Below are positions 1 to 8,368 of a stretch of DNA of 64,000 bases, in pieces. The stretch covers positions 1-64,000 of the IMG/VR virus record IMGVR_UViG_3300026165_000001. The stretch is one strand, 5' to 3'. The first letter of the stretch is position 1, and each line of letters starts with the position of its first letter. The notes under the pieces were generated by a model that searched no databases, was not told the DNA's origin, and saw only the letters and a list, made by a program, of their open reading frames with translations. The DNA comes from a virus (Duplodnaviria > Caudoviricetes). Made by a program: the position numbers and the translations under genes.

Positions 1-694
1 CCGTGCCCGTGATCTCAATAGTCTTGCCATTGATCGTTCGGGCCATATCACCCAGCTTCTCGTTCATGAAGAACTTGATCAGCTTTTCATCTTCAGTAAC
101 AACTGTCGCAAGATGAATATGATGACGGGGGAGAAACTTGACGTCCATGACCCGGGCCACGACCTTGATACGTTGACGCAAATCACCAACGTAGCCGTTG
201 GCTTTATGGCTGGCATAAAACTCATCCATTTGGTCGCGCTTGTCGGCCATCCGACGGCTGTTGGGAAGGCTGACAATCATAGCCAGCTCTTTGTTAACGT
301 CAATCTCACCTTTGTCAAACATCCTGCTCAACTGGAGATTGTAGTCATTGATCAGGCCGTCACGGCCATGCTTGACAAGGTTATCGGCCATCTTGTCCAT
401 GAGCAAGACCTGGTCAAAGTAGCTGAAGATTTCCTGTGCCTTCTGTTCATCTTCTGATGTGGTTTCGACACGATAAAGTTCCACACCATCACCATTGGTC
501 TGTGGTTTGGCGCCGTGGCGAACCCGCAACGTGCGGAGAGCAACCGTGCGGTTGTCATCAACACGCTGATCAGTATCTTGATCGTAGTATCCCTGGTTGG
601 ACTTGATAAAGCCTTGTTCGCGATCAATCGCAACGGCGACAGCAAGTGCCTCCATCAGGGGATATTTTTCTTTTGTAGGGCGATATCCAATCAT
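1..694 (-). CDS. Hypothetical protein, runs off the left edge (>230 aa; C-terminal part looks OB-fold-like)
   Basis: Not in the ORF track. Manual translation from ATG at 694 (SD GAAGGA) gives MIGYRPTKEKYPLMEALAVAVAIDREQGFIKS...GYVGDLRQRIKVVARVMDVKF..., open to the window edge. Confidence 0.8.
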   Translation of the reverse strand, partial: MIGYRPTKEKYPLMEALAVAVAIDREQGFIKSNQGYYDQDTDQRVDDNRTVALRTLRVRHGAKPQTNGDGVELYRVETTSEDEQKAQEIFSYFDQVLLMDKMADNLVKHGRDGLINDYNLQLSRMFDKGEIDVNKELAMIVSLPNSRRMADKRDQMDEFYASHKANGYVGDLRQRIKVVARVMDVKFLPRHHIHLATVVTEDEKLIKFFMNEKLGDMARTINGKTIEITGT

Positions 695-732
695 CGGACT
701 TCCTTCTGATTTGTAATACTTCTAATGTTGTT

Positions 733-762
733 AGTATACTGCGAGACGCCCCGGGGCGTCAA
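733..762 (-). promoter_or_regulatory. Sigma70-type promoter with a palindrome in the spacer
   Basis: TTGACG-N18-TATACT on the minus strand. Perfect palindrome GACGCCCCGGGGCGTC at 745-760. Confidence 0.55.
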
Positions 763-872
763 GCAATTTTATCGTATTCAGGACGATGTTCTGCACCAAT
801 CTTCAGTGCATAGAGGTAACCAATTCCAAGCGCCAGAAGCGGGCAAGCTACCAAAACAATCAAGATATCCAT
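759..872 (-). CDS. Small single-TM membrane protein (37 aa)
   Basis: MDILIVLVACPLLALGIGYLYALKIG... with SD AAGGAA. It is the 3' part of track ORF 759..1106. Confidence 0.6.
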   Translation of the reverse strand: MDILIVLVACPLLALGIGYLYALKIGAEHRPEYDKIA

Positions 873-891
873 GTTAGTTCCTTTTTGAGGT

Positions 892-1194
892 TTAGTCGTT
901 GAACACAACAGCACTGAGACCTTGTCCCGGGCTGATGTAGTGAAAGGCGAGAATGTCCTCGCCACTTGCGTCACGCTCCACTTTCTGGAGCATGAACAGA
1001 CGAGTGTCGCCAGTGCGAGCACTGCGAATGTAGAAGCAGCCCATCTCGCGGATTTGGAGTTCGCTGACTTCGGCGAGGAACAGGTTCTTGCTCTTGTCGA
1101 AATCAAACTTTCGGCTGCTGATCGTTGCAGGCTGGCTAGACGCAGTATTGCAACCTGGAGTCAGTGCAGCGAGCATTTCAATTTTGGATGCCAT
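892..1194 (-). CDS. Hypothetical early protein
   Basis: AGGAG lies 6 nt before ATG 1194, directly downstream of the repeated early promoter cassette. Confidence 0.75.
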   Translation of the reverse strand: MASKIEMLAALTPGCNTASSQPATISSRKFDFDKSKNLFLAEVSELQIREMGCFYIRSARTGDTRLFMLQKVERDASGEDILAFHYISPGQGLSAVVFND

Positions 1195-1200
1195 GTCCAT

Positions 1201-1250
1201 CTCCTTTGCTTACCTTACCAATATAAGCAAGGTAGCTTGGTTTGTCAACC
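1201..1250 (-). promoter_or_regulatory. Early promoter/RBS cassette, copy 1
   Basis: TTGACA-N17-TATATT, then the TTGCTTA-N11-TAAGCAA inverted repeat, then AGGAG. Near-identical copies at 20731 and 21857. Confidence 0.85.
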
Positions 1251-1265
1251 ACTCTTTCAACTTTT

Positions 1266-1502
1266 TTAGGAGTAGCGTTCCAAAATCATTGCAACCACGA
1301 TGAAGATCAACACGATAGCGATGATCCACAAGACAAAGTGGAAGAGAAGTATGAACGGCCAAAACAACATGTAGACGTAGACCAAGATGTTGCCCCACTG
1401 TGTTGCACTCACCGTCCAGGAAAAAATGCCTGGCGCGGCCAGCCAAATGCCAACAAGGTATCCGATGAGCAGATACATGATTGTTTGGATAAGGTTATCC
1501 AC
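1266..1502 (-). CDS. Small multi-TM membrane protein
   Basis: GTG start with SD AAAGGA. Strongly hydrophobic (YLLIGYLVGIWL..., FILLFHFVLWIIAIVLIFIVVAMIL). Confidence 0.7.
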   Translation of the reverse strand: MDNLIQTIMYLLIGYLVGIWLAAPGIFSWTVSATQWGNILVYVYMLFWPFILLFHFVLWIIAIVLIFIVVAMILERYS

Positions 1503-1527
1503 GTTAGAATCCTTTATTTTCTGATTG

Positions 1528-1556
1528 ACTATACATGAACGACGCCAACATGTCAA
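1528..1556 (-). promoter_or_regulatory. Sigma70-type promoter
   Basis: TTGACA-N17-TATAGT on the minus strand. Confidence 0.7.
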
Positions 1557-2014
1557 TCTAGACTGATATCTTCCATGCCCGCCGTGCGAAGCTTGGTGAT
1601 ATTGTTAATTTGGAAGCTTTTGTTATCCAGTCCCTTCATGATGGCTAGATATTTGTTGCGGACGAGTGCAAACTCATTGACCAAGTGCTCCATGTCAATG
1701 TAGTCCTGGTCGCCTTCCGCAAACTTGTCAGCATCACGGCTGCTGAGTGCTTTGTTATAGTGCTCAAGATATTTGCGATACTTCTCACGATGTATCTTGC
1801 GAAGTTCGATGTTGAGATATTCCAAGATAGCATCAACCTCTTGTAACTGAGCAAAGCGATAAGCTACATCACCTGGTATACGTTTGCTGTTCGCTTCGAG
1901 GTTACCCGACAAGAATGTTTCCTTGCGGGCTTCCTCTAGCTCTTTTTCATAATAACTGATTGCAGGGACAATATTTGATAAGTTGTCCTTGACTTTGTTA
2001 TACCATCCAGACAT
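1553..2014 (-). CDS. uvsY: UvsY-like recombination mediator
   Basis: Helical 153-aa protein (...YLEHYNKALSSRDADKFAEGD...KSFQINNITKLRTAG), located downstream of uvsX and gp32. Confidence 0.65.
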   Translation of the reverse strand: MSGWYNKVKDNLSNIVPAISYYEKELEEARKETFLSGNLEANSKRIPGDVAYRFAQLQEVDAILEYLNIELRKIHREKYRKYLEHYNKALSSRDADKFAEGDQDYIDMEHLVNEFALVRNKYLAIMKGLDNKSFQINNITKLRTAGMEDISLD

Positions 2015-2265
2015 TATTCATCCCAGTCTTCGTGGTCTTGATCCTCAATCATATTTTCCTGAACATATGTTCGCAGTGCCTTGTCAAATGTATCACAGAC
2101 TCCATATAGTTCTGGCCCGGCGACACTGAGATCAACAAGGCCCGCCTCGTCAATAGACGTAATAAAGTGTTCCGCTGCGCTGCGTTGATCTTTGACTGGC
2201 ACATAGGTTTTTATGCCAGACCAAAGTTCAACTAGAGCAACCACTTCAGTAGTGTGTAGACTCAT
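2014..2265 (-). CDS. Hypothetical protein
   Basis: 83-aa ORF with SD GAGGA, translationally coupled to uvsY. Confidence 0.75.
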   Translation of the reverse strand: MSLHTTEVVALVELWSGIKTYVPVKDQRSAAEHFITSIDEAGLVDLSVAGPELYGVCDTFDKALRTYVQENMIEDQDHEDWDE

Positions 2266-2296
2266 GTTTATTCCTCATTTCGGGTCTATTTATATT

Positions 2297-3388
2297 TTAT
2301 GATTCTGTTGATTGATCTTCAAACTCTTGATCATCATCGTCTTCCAACTTGATTTCATGTTGGTCGAATTCTTCCATGATCACATCCAAGCAACTGTTAG
2401 TATTGGCTTCCCAATGCTTACGGAATTCCTTGGTGACTTCACCAGTGGCTGGGCTAATATATTCCAGCTTGTTACCAGTTTTCTTGAGCAAGTCATGTGC
2501 TTCAAAGAAATCAACAAGGCCGCTGTATGGATCCATGCCAGTGTCCCAAGGTATCCTGACTTGAACACTTTCAAATGGTTTGCTGTAACGGCTTTTGACA
2601 ACCTTACAGGCTGCGCGGATGCCGTGAACTTTGCTTGTCTTGTTGCCTTCAGCGTCTTCTTTGAGTTTGAGCTTCTTGATAGCAACCACAATACTAGCTG
2701 CATAAATCATGCCACTACCACCTGAGATCTTGTCATCTGGATCAAACATGTCCTGACTTGCATATGTATGGTTTGTGCACACCATGCCGATGTTAAGATC
2801 ACCAAACATATTGACACAGTTAGTAACAAGTGCTTTTAGTTGGCGTGCTTTGCGACCCATGTCACCTTTCATGTCACCTTTTTCAAACTGATTGATGTCG
2901 GTTGGTGTGAGCAACATTCCCAAACTGTCTACTACAAATAGAATCTTGGGTCGGTCTTCGTCTTCGACTCCTCCATATTCAGCGCGGTAATCCTTAACAA
3001 AATCACTGATAACTTTCGCAACATCATCAATCATGGCCATGTTAAGCTTGAGCAGCTTGTTTTCGTCAGTGTCCACGCCAAGGGCATGTAGCCAGCTTTC
3101 ATCCAATGCGTTTTCACTATCAATCAACACGACATAAATGCCTTGCTCTTGTGCGTGACGCACTAGATTACCAGCCGCAATAAAGCTCTTGCCAGCGCCG
3201 CTTTCACCTGCAAGCATTGTGACCTTGCCGAGAGGAACGCCTTTATGGAAATCATTGCTGATGAGTTTGTTAAGTGTGTAATTACCTGTTGAAATCCAGG
3301 TGTTTGGGTCACGGAAGCCTACACTCAGTCCCGTAACGCTTTTCGTAATCGATTTTCTAAATTTGCTTACATCAAATGCTCGTGCCAT
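2297..3388 (-). CDS. uvsX: RecA-like recombinase (UvsX)
   Basis: Walker A AGESGAGKS, IDSENALD, Walker B FVVDSLG, NHTY...SGG motifs. Start MARAFD follows SD GAGGAG. Confidence 0.95.
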   Translation of the reverse strand: MARAFDVSKFRKSITKSVTGLSVGFRDPNTWISTGNYTLNKLISNDFHKGVPLGKVTMLAGESGAGKSFIAAGNLVRHAQEQGIYVVLIDSENALDESWLHALGVDTDENKLLKLNMAMIDDVAKVISDFVKDYRAEYGGVEDEDRPKILFVVDSLGMLLTPTDINQFEKGDMKGDMGRKARQLKALVTNCVNMFGDLNIGMVCTNHTYASQDMFDPDDKISGGSGMIYAASIVVAIKKLKLKEDAEGNKTSKVHGIRAACKVVKSRYSKPFESVQVRIPWDTGMDPYSGLVDFFEAHDLLKKTGNKLEYISPATGEVTKEFRKHWEANTNSCLDVIMEEFDQHEIKLEDDDDQEFEDQSTES

Positions 3389-3412
3389 GTATTTCTCCTC
3401 AGTTGGCAAAAT

Positions 3413-3434
3413 GGACGGGCCTAATGGCCCGTCC
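3413..3434 (-). terminator. Hairpin downstream of gp32
   Basis: GGACGGGCC-N4-GGCCCGTCC followed by ATTTT on the minus strand. Confidence 0.6.
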
Positions 3435-3451
3435 TGGGTTTGAGTGTGAAA

Positions 3452-4456
3452 TTAACCGGCCTCTTTACGAGCTCGGATGGCTGCGAGAATATCCTTCGCA
3501 TCCTTGCCTCCGCCAGAAGATTCTTCTGGAGTTTCCACAGGTGCTGTTGCCGCTGTGGCCTCCTCTGAATCTTCGGCTCGGGTCTCCACGCTTTTAGCCG
3601 CGGCAGGTTCGGCTTTGGGCGTAGAGGCTTTTGCGGCACGGTCGCTTGCTCCGCTATTGGGTGCATCCATGCCGTATGGACGGTAATAGTCTGCGAAACG
3701 TTCTGGGTCGTAGAGCTCTCCGTCAACGCTTGCTTCAAACATCTGGAAGATGATGTTTAGATCTTCTTCTGTTGGACGCTTGGGCAAGAAATCATTCAGG
3801 CTGAACAGTCCATGCTCTGTGATAGCATCACGCTCATCCTGATCTAGGCTACGTTCCTTACGTGCCCAGTTGCTTGTAGTGTAATCAGCATACTGACCCT
3901 TCTTGGTCTTTGTGATGCGGAAGTCAACACCTTGATCATAATCAGTTGGAAGATGATCGCCAAAGTCTGGATCCATTAGAGCACTCTTGATAATGTTATG
4001 GATCTGTGTGCTAATGACAAAACGACGGATGGGATTTTCCGGTGTTTCTTCTTCAGTGAATGCACTGTTAACGACCAAACCTTGGTATAGATAACTGCGC
4101 TTCTTCCAATACTTGCGAGCCATGTCTTCCATGCTGGGGTCCTTGAACCAAGGACGAATCTCTTCGTGGACAGGGCACTTCATGCCACTCCACATCTCAA
4201 CACAAGGAACCTTGATAGTGACAGGCTTTGCTTCGTCCTGTCCTTTGATTCCACTGAATGTGAGATTGATCATCTGACGTTCGCGCCAGAAGAAATCGTT
4301 ATCGTCATCTCCATCTGGGAGGAAACGAATCACGCTTGTTTCATTTTCCGGGGTGTTCCAGTGTGGGTATATCTGGTTATCGCCACCAAATTTTTTCCCA
4401 CCTTTACTCTGCTCCTGCTCGAGCAGTTTCGCACGAATTTCTGCGAGTGTTGACAT
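3452..4456 (-). CDS. gp32: Single-stranded DNA-binding protein (T4 gp32-like)
   Basis: IRFLPDGD, Cys-containing CPV motif, YWKKRSY, YADYTTS motifs, and a low-complexity acidic C-terminal linker. Confidence 0.9.
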   Translation of the reverse strand: MSTLAEIRAKLLEQEQSKGGKKFGGDNQIYPHWNTPENETSVIRFLPDGDDDNDFFWRERQMINLTFSGIKGQDEAKPVTIKVPCVEMWSGMKCPVHEEIRPWFKDPSMEDMARKYWKKRSYLYQGLVVNSAFTEEETPENPIRRFVISTQIHNIIKSALMDPDFGDHLPTDYDQGVDFRITKTKKGQYADYTTSNWARKERSLDQDERDAITEHGLFSLNDFLPKRPTEEDLNIIFQMFEASVDGELYDPERFADYYRPYGMDAPNSGASDRAAKASTPKAEPAAAKSVETRAEDSEEATAATAPVETPEESSGGGKDAKDILAAIRARKEAG

Positions 4457-4543
4457 TGTATTTCTCCTATATTAGCCTATGTTTGTTACCGGTAATCCGG
4501 CTCATGTTAGTTTCGAGACAAGCAAGTTAAAGCTAACTCCTTG

Positions 4544-4572
4544 AATATACACAAAAAACCACTGAGTGTCAA
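4544..4572 (-). promoter_or_regulatory. Sigma70-type promoter for gp32
   Basis: TTGACA-N17-TATATT. Confidence 0.75.
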
Positions 4573-4603
4573 TAACTCTTTGATTTCCGTGCACATTTAT
4601 TTA

Positions 4604-5263
4604 TCAGAAAAATCCTGCGAACTTAGGATGAGACTTGATAATCTCAAACTTTTTAGCATTCAATCTATCATGAATTTTGTCAGCACGGATCTCTAGTAGG
4701 TATTGATCTAGCGGTTCAATATTGGTCTTGACTGGTCCTTGCCATGCATCCATTGCATTAGGCATATCGCGAATTTGCTGTTTGATTTTTTCAGCGGCTT
4801 CTTTCTGACCACGATATAATAGTTCATCATATTTGTCCCAGAGTGCATCTCTTTCGTCATTATAATCTTCAATGAATTGATGAAGGCTTTTGTAAATCTT
4901 ACCAAGCACGACAAATTCTTCACGTTCACGTTTGTGATGTTGTCCTCTTGATTTAGCGTTAGCATAGCCCCAGTTGAAAGGTATAATCTTGTAACGTTGT
5001 GACAGTTTTGTTTGATCTATAACATAAACGATATCTGCCCAATGCTTGGCATAATTGATGTCGCGTGTAAGGCTAACACCTTTGAGCCAAAAGCTATCTT
5101 TATATTCAGGATGATCGTCTTTCAATCGTCTACCACCAGGCCAGAATCTCTGAGTTGTTCTACCTTCGATTCGATTTTCTTTTAGTTGCTTTGCTGCATG
5201 ATCGAAACGCACCCCATGATATAGGGGTGCGTCTCTGCCTTCAGTTATTTGATGTAGTCTCAT
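4604..5263 (-). CDS. Putative ADP-ribosyltransferase-fold protein with a capsid-targeting-like N-terminus
   Basis: LYHG ... GVSLTRDINYA ... EREEF resemble the ART catalytic strands. N-terminus is MRLHQITE. Confidence 0.5.
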   Translation of the reverse strand: MRLHQITEGRDAPLYHGVRFDHAAKQLKENRIEGRTTQRFWPGGRRLKDDHPEYKDSFWLKGVSLTRDINYAKHWADIVYVIDQTKLSQRYKIIPFNWGYANAKSRGQHHKREREEFVVLGKIYKSLHQFIEDYNDERDALWDKYDELLYRGQKEAAEKIKQQIRDMPNAMDAWQGPVKTNIEPLDQYLLEIRADKIHDRLNAKKFEIIKSHPKFAGFF

Positions 5264-7917
5264 GCGCCGAAGAGTTTGCGAGTATCACTGTAACGGTTCA
5301 AAGTCTCGTTGATAGCATCAAGCTCAGTCTCGTAAACATTTTCACTATCAGACTCAAGCTGTTGCTCGTCAACTTGACCGGCGCGCTTGATAACGTTGAT
5401 TGCCTGCATGGCCATGTTGATGTATTTTCCACCAAGATCATGAACTGCATCTGATACTTTCATCATCATGTTGCTGAGTTCATCATCCTTGACGGCTGGC
5501 GCCAAAAAGTCTACCATTGCTGCGACTTCAGTTGCTGGGTCGTTGAATCTCTGGTTGGTTGGTGATTCTGGATCATCAAAATCAACCTCACGATTGAAGT
5601 AAATGTCGTCTTTGTTTTTCATTACATAACGCGCAAGTGATACAACCTGCTGCTCTAGTTCTTGACGATTGCGGTATGTTTCAATAACCCGTGCAACATA
5701 AGGAAGACTGTCTGCGATGCTTTCATCAAAATATGTCATTGTGGTTTCACTTTTGAGTTCGTCAATACGCTCTTGCGGCACTTCGCTTTTTTCCGTTGTG
5801 AAGCTTTCCAGTTGTGTCTTGTAACCAGTTGGGTTAGCCATCTTCTTGAGGTTATTGCGCAAACCACTGATACGTGATGTGATTTCTTCGCCTATCTGTT
5901 GGTCTTCAAAAAAGTCATTTCGACGATTTTTACGATTGAACTTCTTGAGCTGATTGAGCTCTTCCATTGTTTCGTAAATGTGCTGTCCAAAGTCATCAAA
6001 CGGCGTACCGCCTTCCTTAACATGGCGGGCCATGGCTTTTGCAGCGGTGATATTGTTGCTTGGAAACTTGAAACGTTCGCCTTCACTATTTTCAATGAAG
6101 ATGCTTTCGATCTGCCGTGTTCTTGCGCCACGCTTTTCTTCATCTACATTGCGCTTATGACGAACAATGAGACGAGCGTCTCCTAGTTCGTTAACGCTTT
6201 TACGTGCTGATCCGTGCCAGCCGCTGAAGCCCTCACTAACTGATTCAGGCAACTTGCCAACTGGTCTGGCTGTAGGATCAACCCCATCAAGATCTCGTTT
6301 TTTCTTAAATCTTCGTGTAAACCCTCTGTTTTCTGCACGATCTGCATCTGATCCGGGTCCTTTTACATCTCTTATTCGTTTATCAAAATTCATGTATGTT
6401 TTCTGATCAGCCTTGTATCGTTTTTGCCTTAGCTTATCGCCGGCGTCAACTCCATGATTATATGGTGCTGTTGAACCTTTTGTTTTCAATACCTGAGCAG
6501 CACGTTTTTGTGATCTCTCATCTTGATCTTTCGGATCGCCCCTGCGGATACGACCAGCAGTAGCTGGATATGAACCGGCATGAGGATTATTTCTCCATAC
6601 AGGATCCGTAATTGCACCTTGCTTCATAGCTTTCTGTCGTGGTGTCAATTCATTTAATTGATCTGTCTCATCAACACGGTCTGGTGCATTTTCAGGATCA
6701 CCTGTCTTAGCAAACCTTTTGGCGTGAACATGGTCTTTGAATGTTTTCATCGTGCCTTCTTGGTTTTTTGCCCACCAGCCGCCATCCTTCAATTTCTTTA
6801 CAGTGCCTTCGGCTTGTGCACCACCCCAACTTGATTCTTTAGTCATAACCTTAACCCTCTTATTGTTTTTTGCGTCGCGGATTTCACAATTCTGGCCTGG
6901 TTTAATATCTTCCATTTTCACATTCTCCTTGACCCGTGATGGATCTGGTTGTCCATCATGAATCATTTCATAGTAGGATAGGATTGCATCATAATTTGGC
7001 TTGAACAAAAGACGATCTGAAAAACTAAGTTCTTCATTTTCCTTCCACTTCTTTTTAATTGTTGCACGAGTGATTGGCTCACCTTTATGTTCCTTATAGA
7101 GCTCTGCCGCCCAAGTCTTGGGATTTCCAATACTTGCTTTTCCTTTGAAATATACCTGCCAGCTTGGATGAATAGCCGAACCACCCTTTAGATCAAATGA
7201 TTGCTGAGTGCCTGTGTGTTCTTTAACCATGATCTGCATCTTCTTTCCATTTGTAGTATTGCGAATCTCACAGTGCTTGCCTGGCTTGACATCCTGCGTT
7301 GCTTCCCATTCTCCATCGCGAATCTTTTTCATGACTGCTGCTCGCGTCATCTCTCGTGCTTCATTTACTGATTCATCTACAGGAATCAATGTGTTTAACG
7401 GGCGGCGCATTGTTCTTCCTTTGTCATCTTTCCCGTCAGCAAATGTTTTCATTTTACCCATATATTCAACGCGGTCAAAACCAGTGATTGTCATTACATT
7501 GCTGCTACTTTTGCTTGGAAGAACACGTTGTCCTACTTTGAATTTTCCACCCAGCGGTTTTGCTGCTTCTTCTACCTTGTTTTTTGCCATGTATGCGAAA
7601 TCCTTGGGTCCAATTGATTTGCCAAATGTCTTAACTGTGTATTCAATAATATAACGATTGGCTAGGTTACGTAGTCCCTTGAGCATTGCTGCGATGTCCT
7701 TGGGTTCTGTGTCCTTGGACAAATTAACAACAATTTCATTAGATGATTCATCAGCAACAAAGTTAACCATCATCTGGATATCCTTAGCATAGAAGCGGCG
7801 GGCTTCAGATGGATCTACAACCTTTTTGCCGCTTTCTGTGAACAATACAATATCGTGACCAAAACCCTTAATGATTTTGAATATCTGTTCTGAAATATGC
7901 TCAATTGAACTTGCCAT
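5260..7917 (-). CDS. Large putative head-associated protein (885 aa), modular
   Basis: Late promoter, internal duplicated module, many candidate xxE protease sites, located next to the terminase. Confidence 0.7.
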   Translation of the reverse strand: MASSIEHISEQIFKIIKGFGHDIVLFTESGKKVVDPSEARRFYAKDIQMMVNFVADESSNEIVVNLSKDTEPKDIAAMLKGLRNLANRYIIEYTVKTFGKSIGPKDFAYMAKNKVEEAAKPLGGKFKVGQRVLPSKSSSNVMTITGFDRVEYMGKMKTFADGKDDKGRTMRRPLNTLIPVDESVNEAREMTRAAVMKKIRDGEWEATQDVKPGKHCEIRNTTNGKKMQIMVKEHTGTQQSFDLKGGSAIHPSWQVYFKGKASIGNPKTWAAELYKEHKGEPITRATIKKKWKENEELSFSDRLLFKPNYDAILSYYEMIHDGQPDPSRVKENVKMEDIKPGQNCEIRDAKNNKRVKVMTKESSWGGAQAEGTVKKLKDGGWWAKNQEGTMKTFKDHVHAKRFAKTGDPENAPDRVDETDQLNELTPRQKAMKQGAITDPVWRNNPHAGSYPATAGRIRRGDPKDQDERSQKRAAQVLKTKGSTAPYNHGVDAGDKLRQKRYKADQKTYMNFDKRIRDVKGPGSDADRAENRGFTRRFKKKRDLDGVDPTARPVGKLPESVSEGFSGWHGSARKSVNELGDARLIVRHKRNVDEEKRGARTRQIESIFIENSEGERFKFPSNNITAAKAMARHVKEGGTPFDDFGQHIYETMEELNQLKKFNRKNRRNDFFEDQQIGEEITSRISGLRNNLKKMANPTGYKTQLESFTTEKSEVPQERIDELKSETTMTYFDESIADSLPYVARVIETYRNRQELEQQVVSLARYVMKNKDDIYFNREVDFDDPESPTNQRFNDPATEVAAMVDFLAPAVKDDELSNMMMKVSDAVHDLGGKYINMAMQAINVIKRAGQVDEQQLESDSENVYETELDAINETLNRYSDTRKLFGA

Positions 7918-7921
7918 ACTG

Positions 7922-8368
7922 TTATTTATCCTGATCTATTATTTTAACATTAGGGTTTCTTCTCTTGACGCGATCAACAACGTGTGATAGATATTCCTGA
8001 CCCATTTTTGTTGAACTGCTACGTTTGATAGCTTTGTTCTTTTCTCTAGCATAATCCGCAGCGGCTTGATATAGCTCACTTGCGAGTCCACGATTACGAT
8101 AATCTTCATCAACAATGACGTGCTTGAGCCATAGTTCATCATTGTCATATGGATTTATTTGTAATGCTAGACTTGATACAACTCGTTGCCCATCAAAATG
8201 AGCAATGTGTATTTCTTTATCCATTTCATTTACATGAAGATAGCGTAGCCTTTCAAATGTATCCTGATTGACATCTTGGTTACGGGAAATGAAAAGAGCT
8301 AGATCATTTCCCGGCATGATTTTCATCTGTATGTCGTTATTTTCAAATAGATGTCGATATCTCATCAC
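7922..8368 (-). CDS. GNAT-family acetyltransferase
   Basis: Acetyl-CoA motif A VIVDEDYRNRGLASELY. Confidence 0.85.
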   Translation of the reverse strand: MMRYRHLFENNDIQMKIMPGNDLALFISRNQDVNQDTFERLRYLHVNEMDKEIHIAHFDGQRVVSSLALQINPYDNDELWLKHVIVDEDYRNRGLASELYQAAADYAREKNKAIKRSSSTKMGQEYLSHVVDRVKRRNPNVKIIDQDK

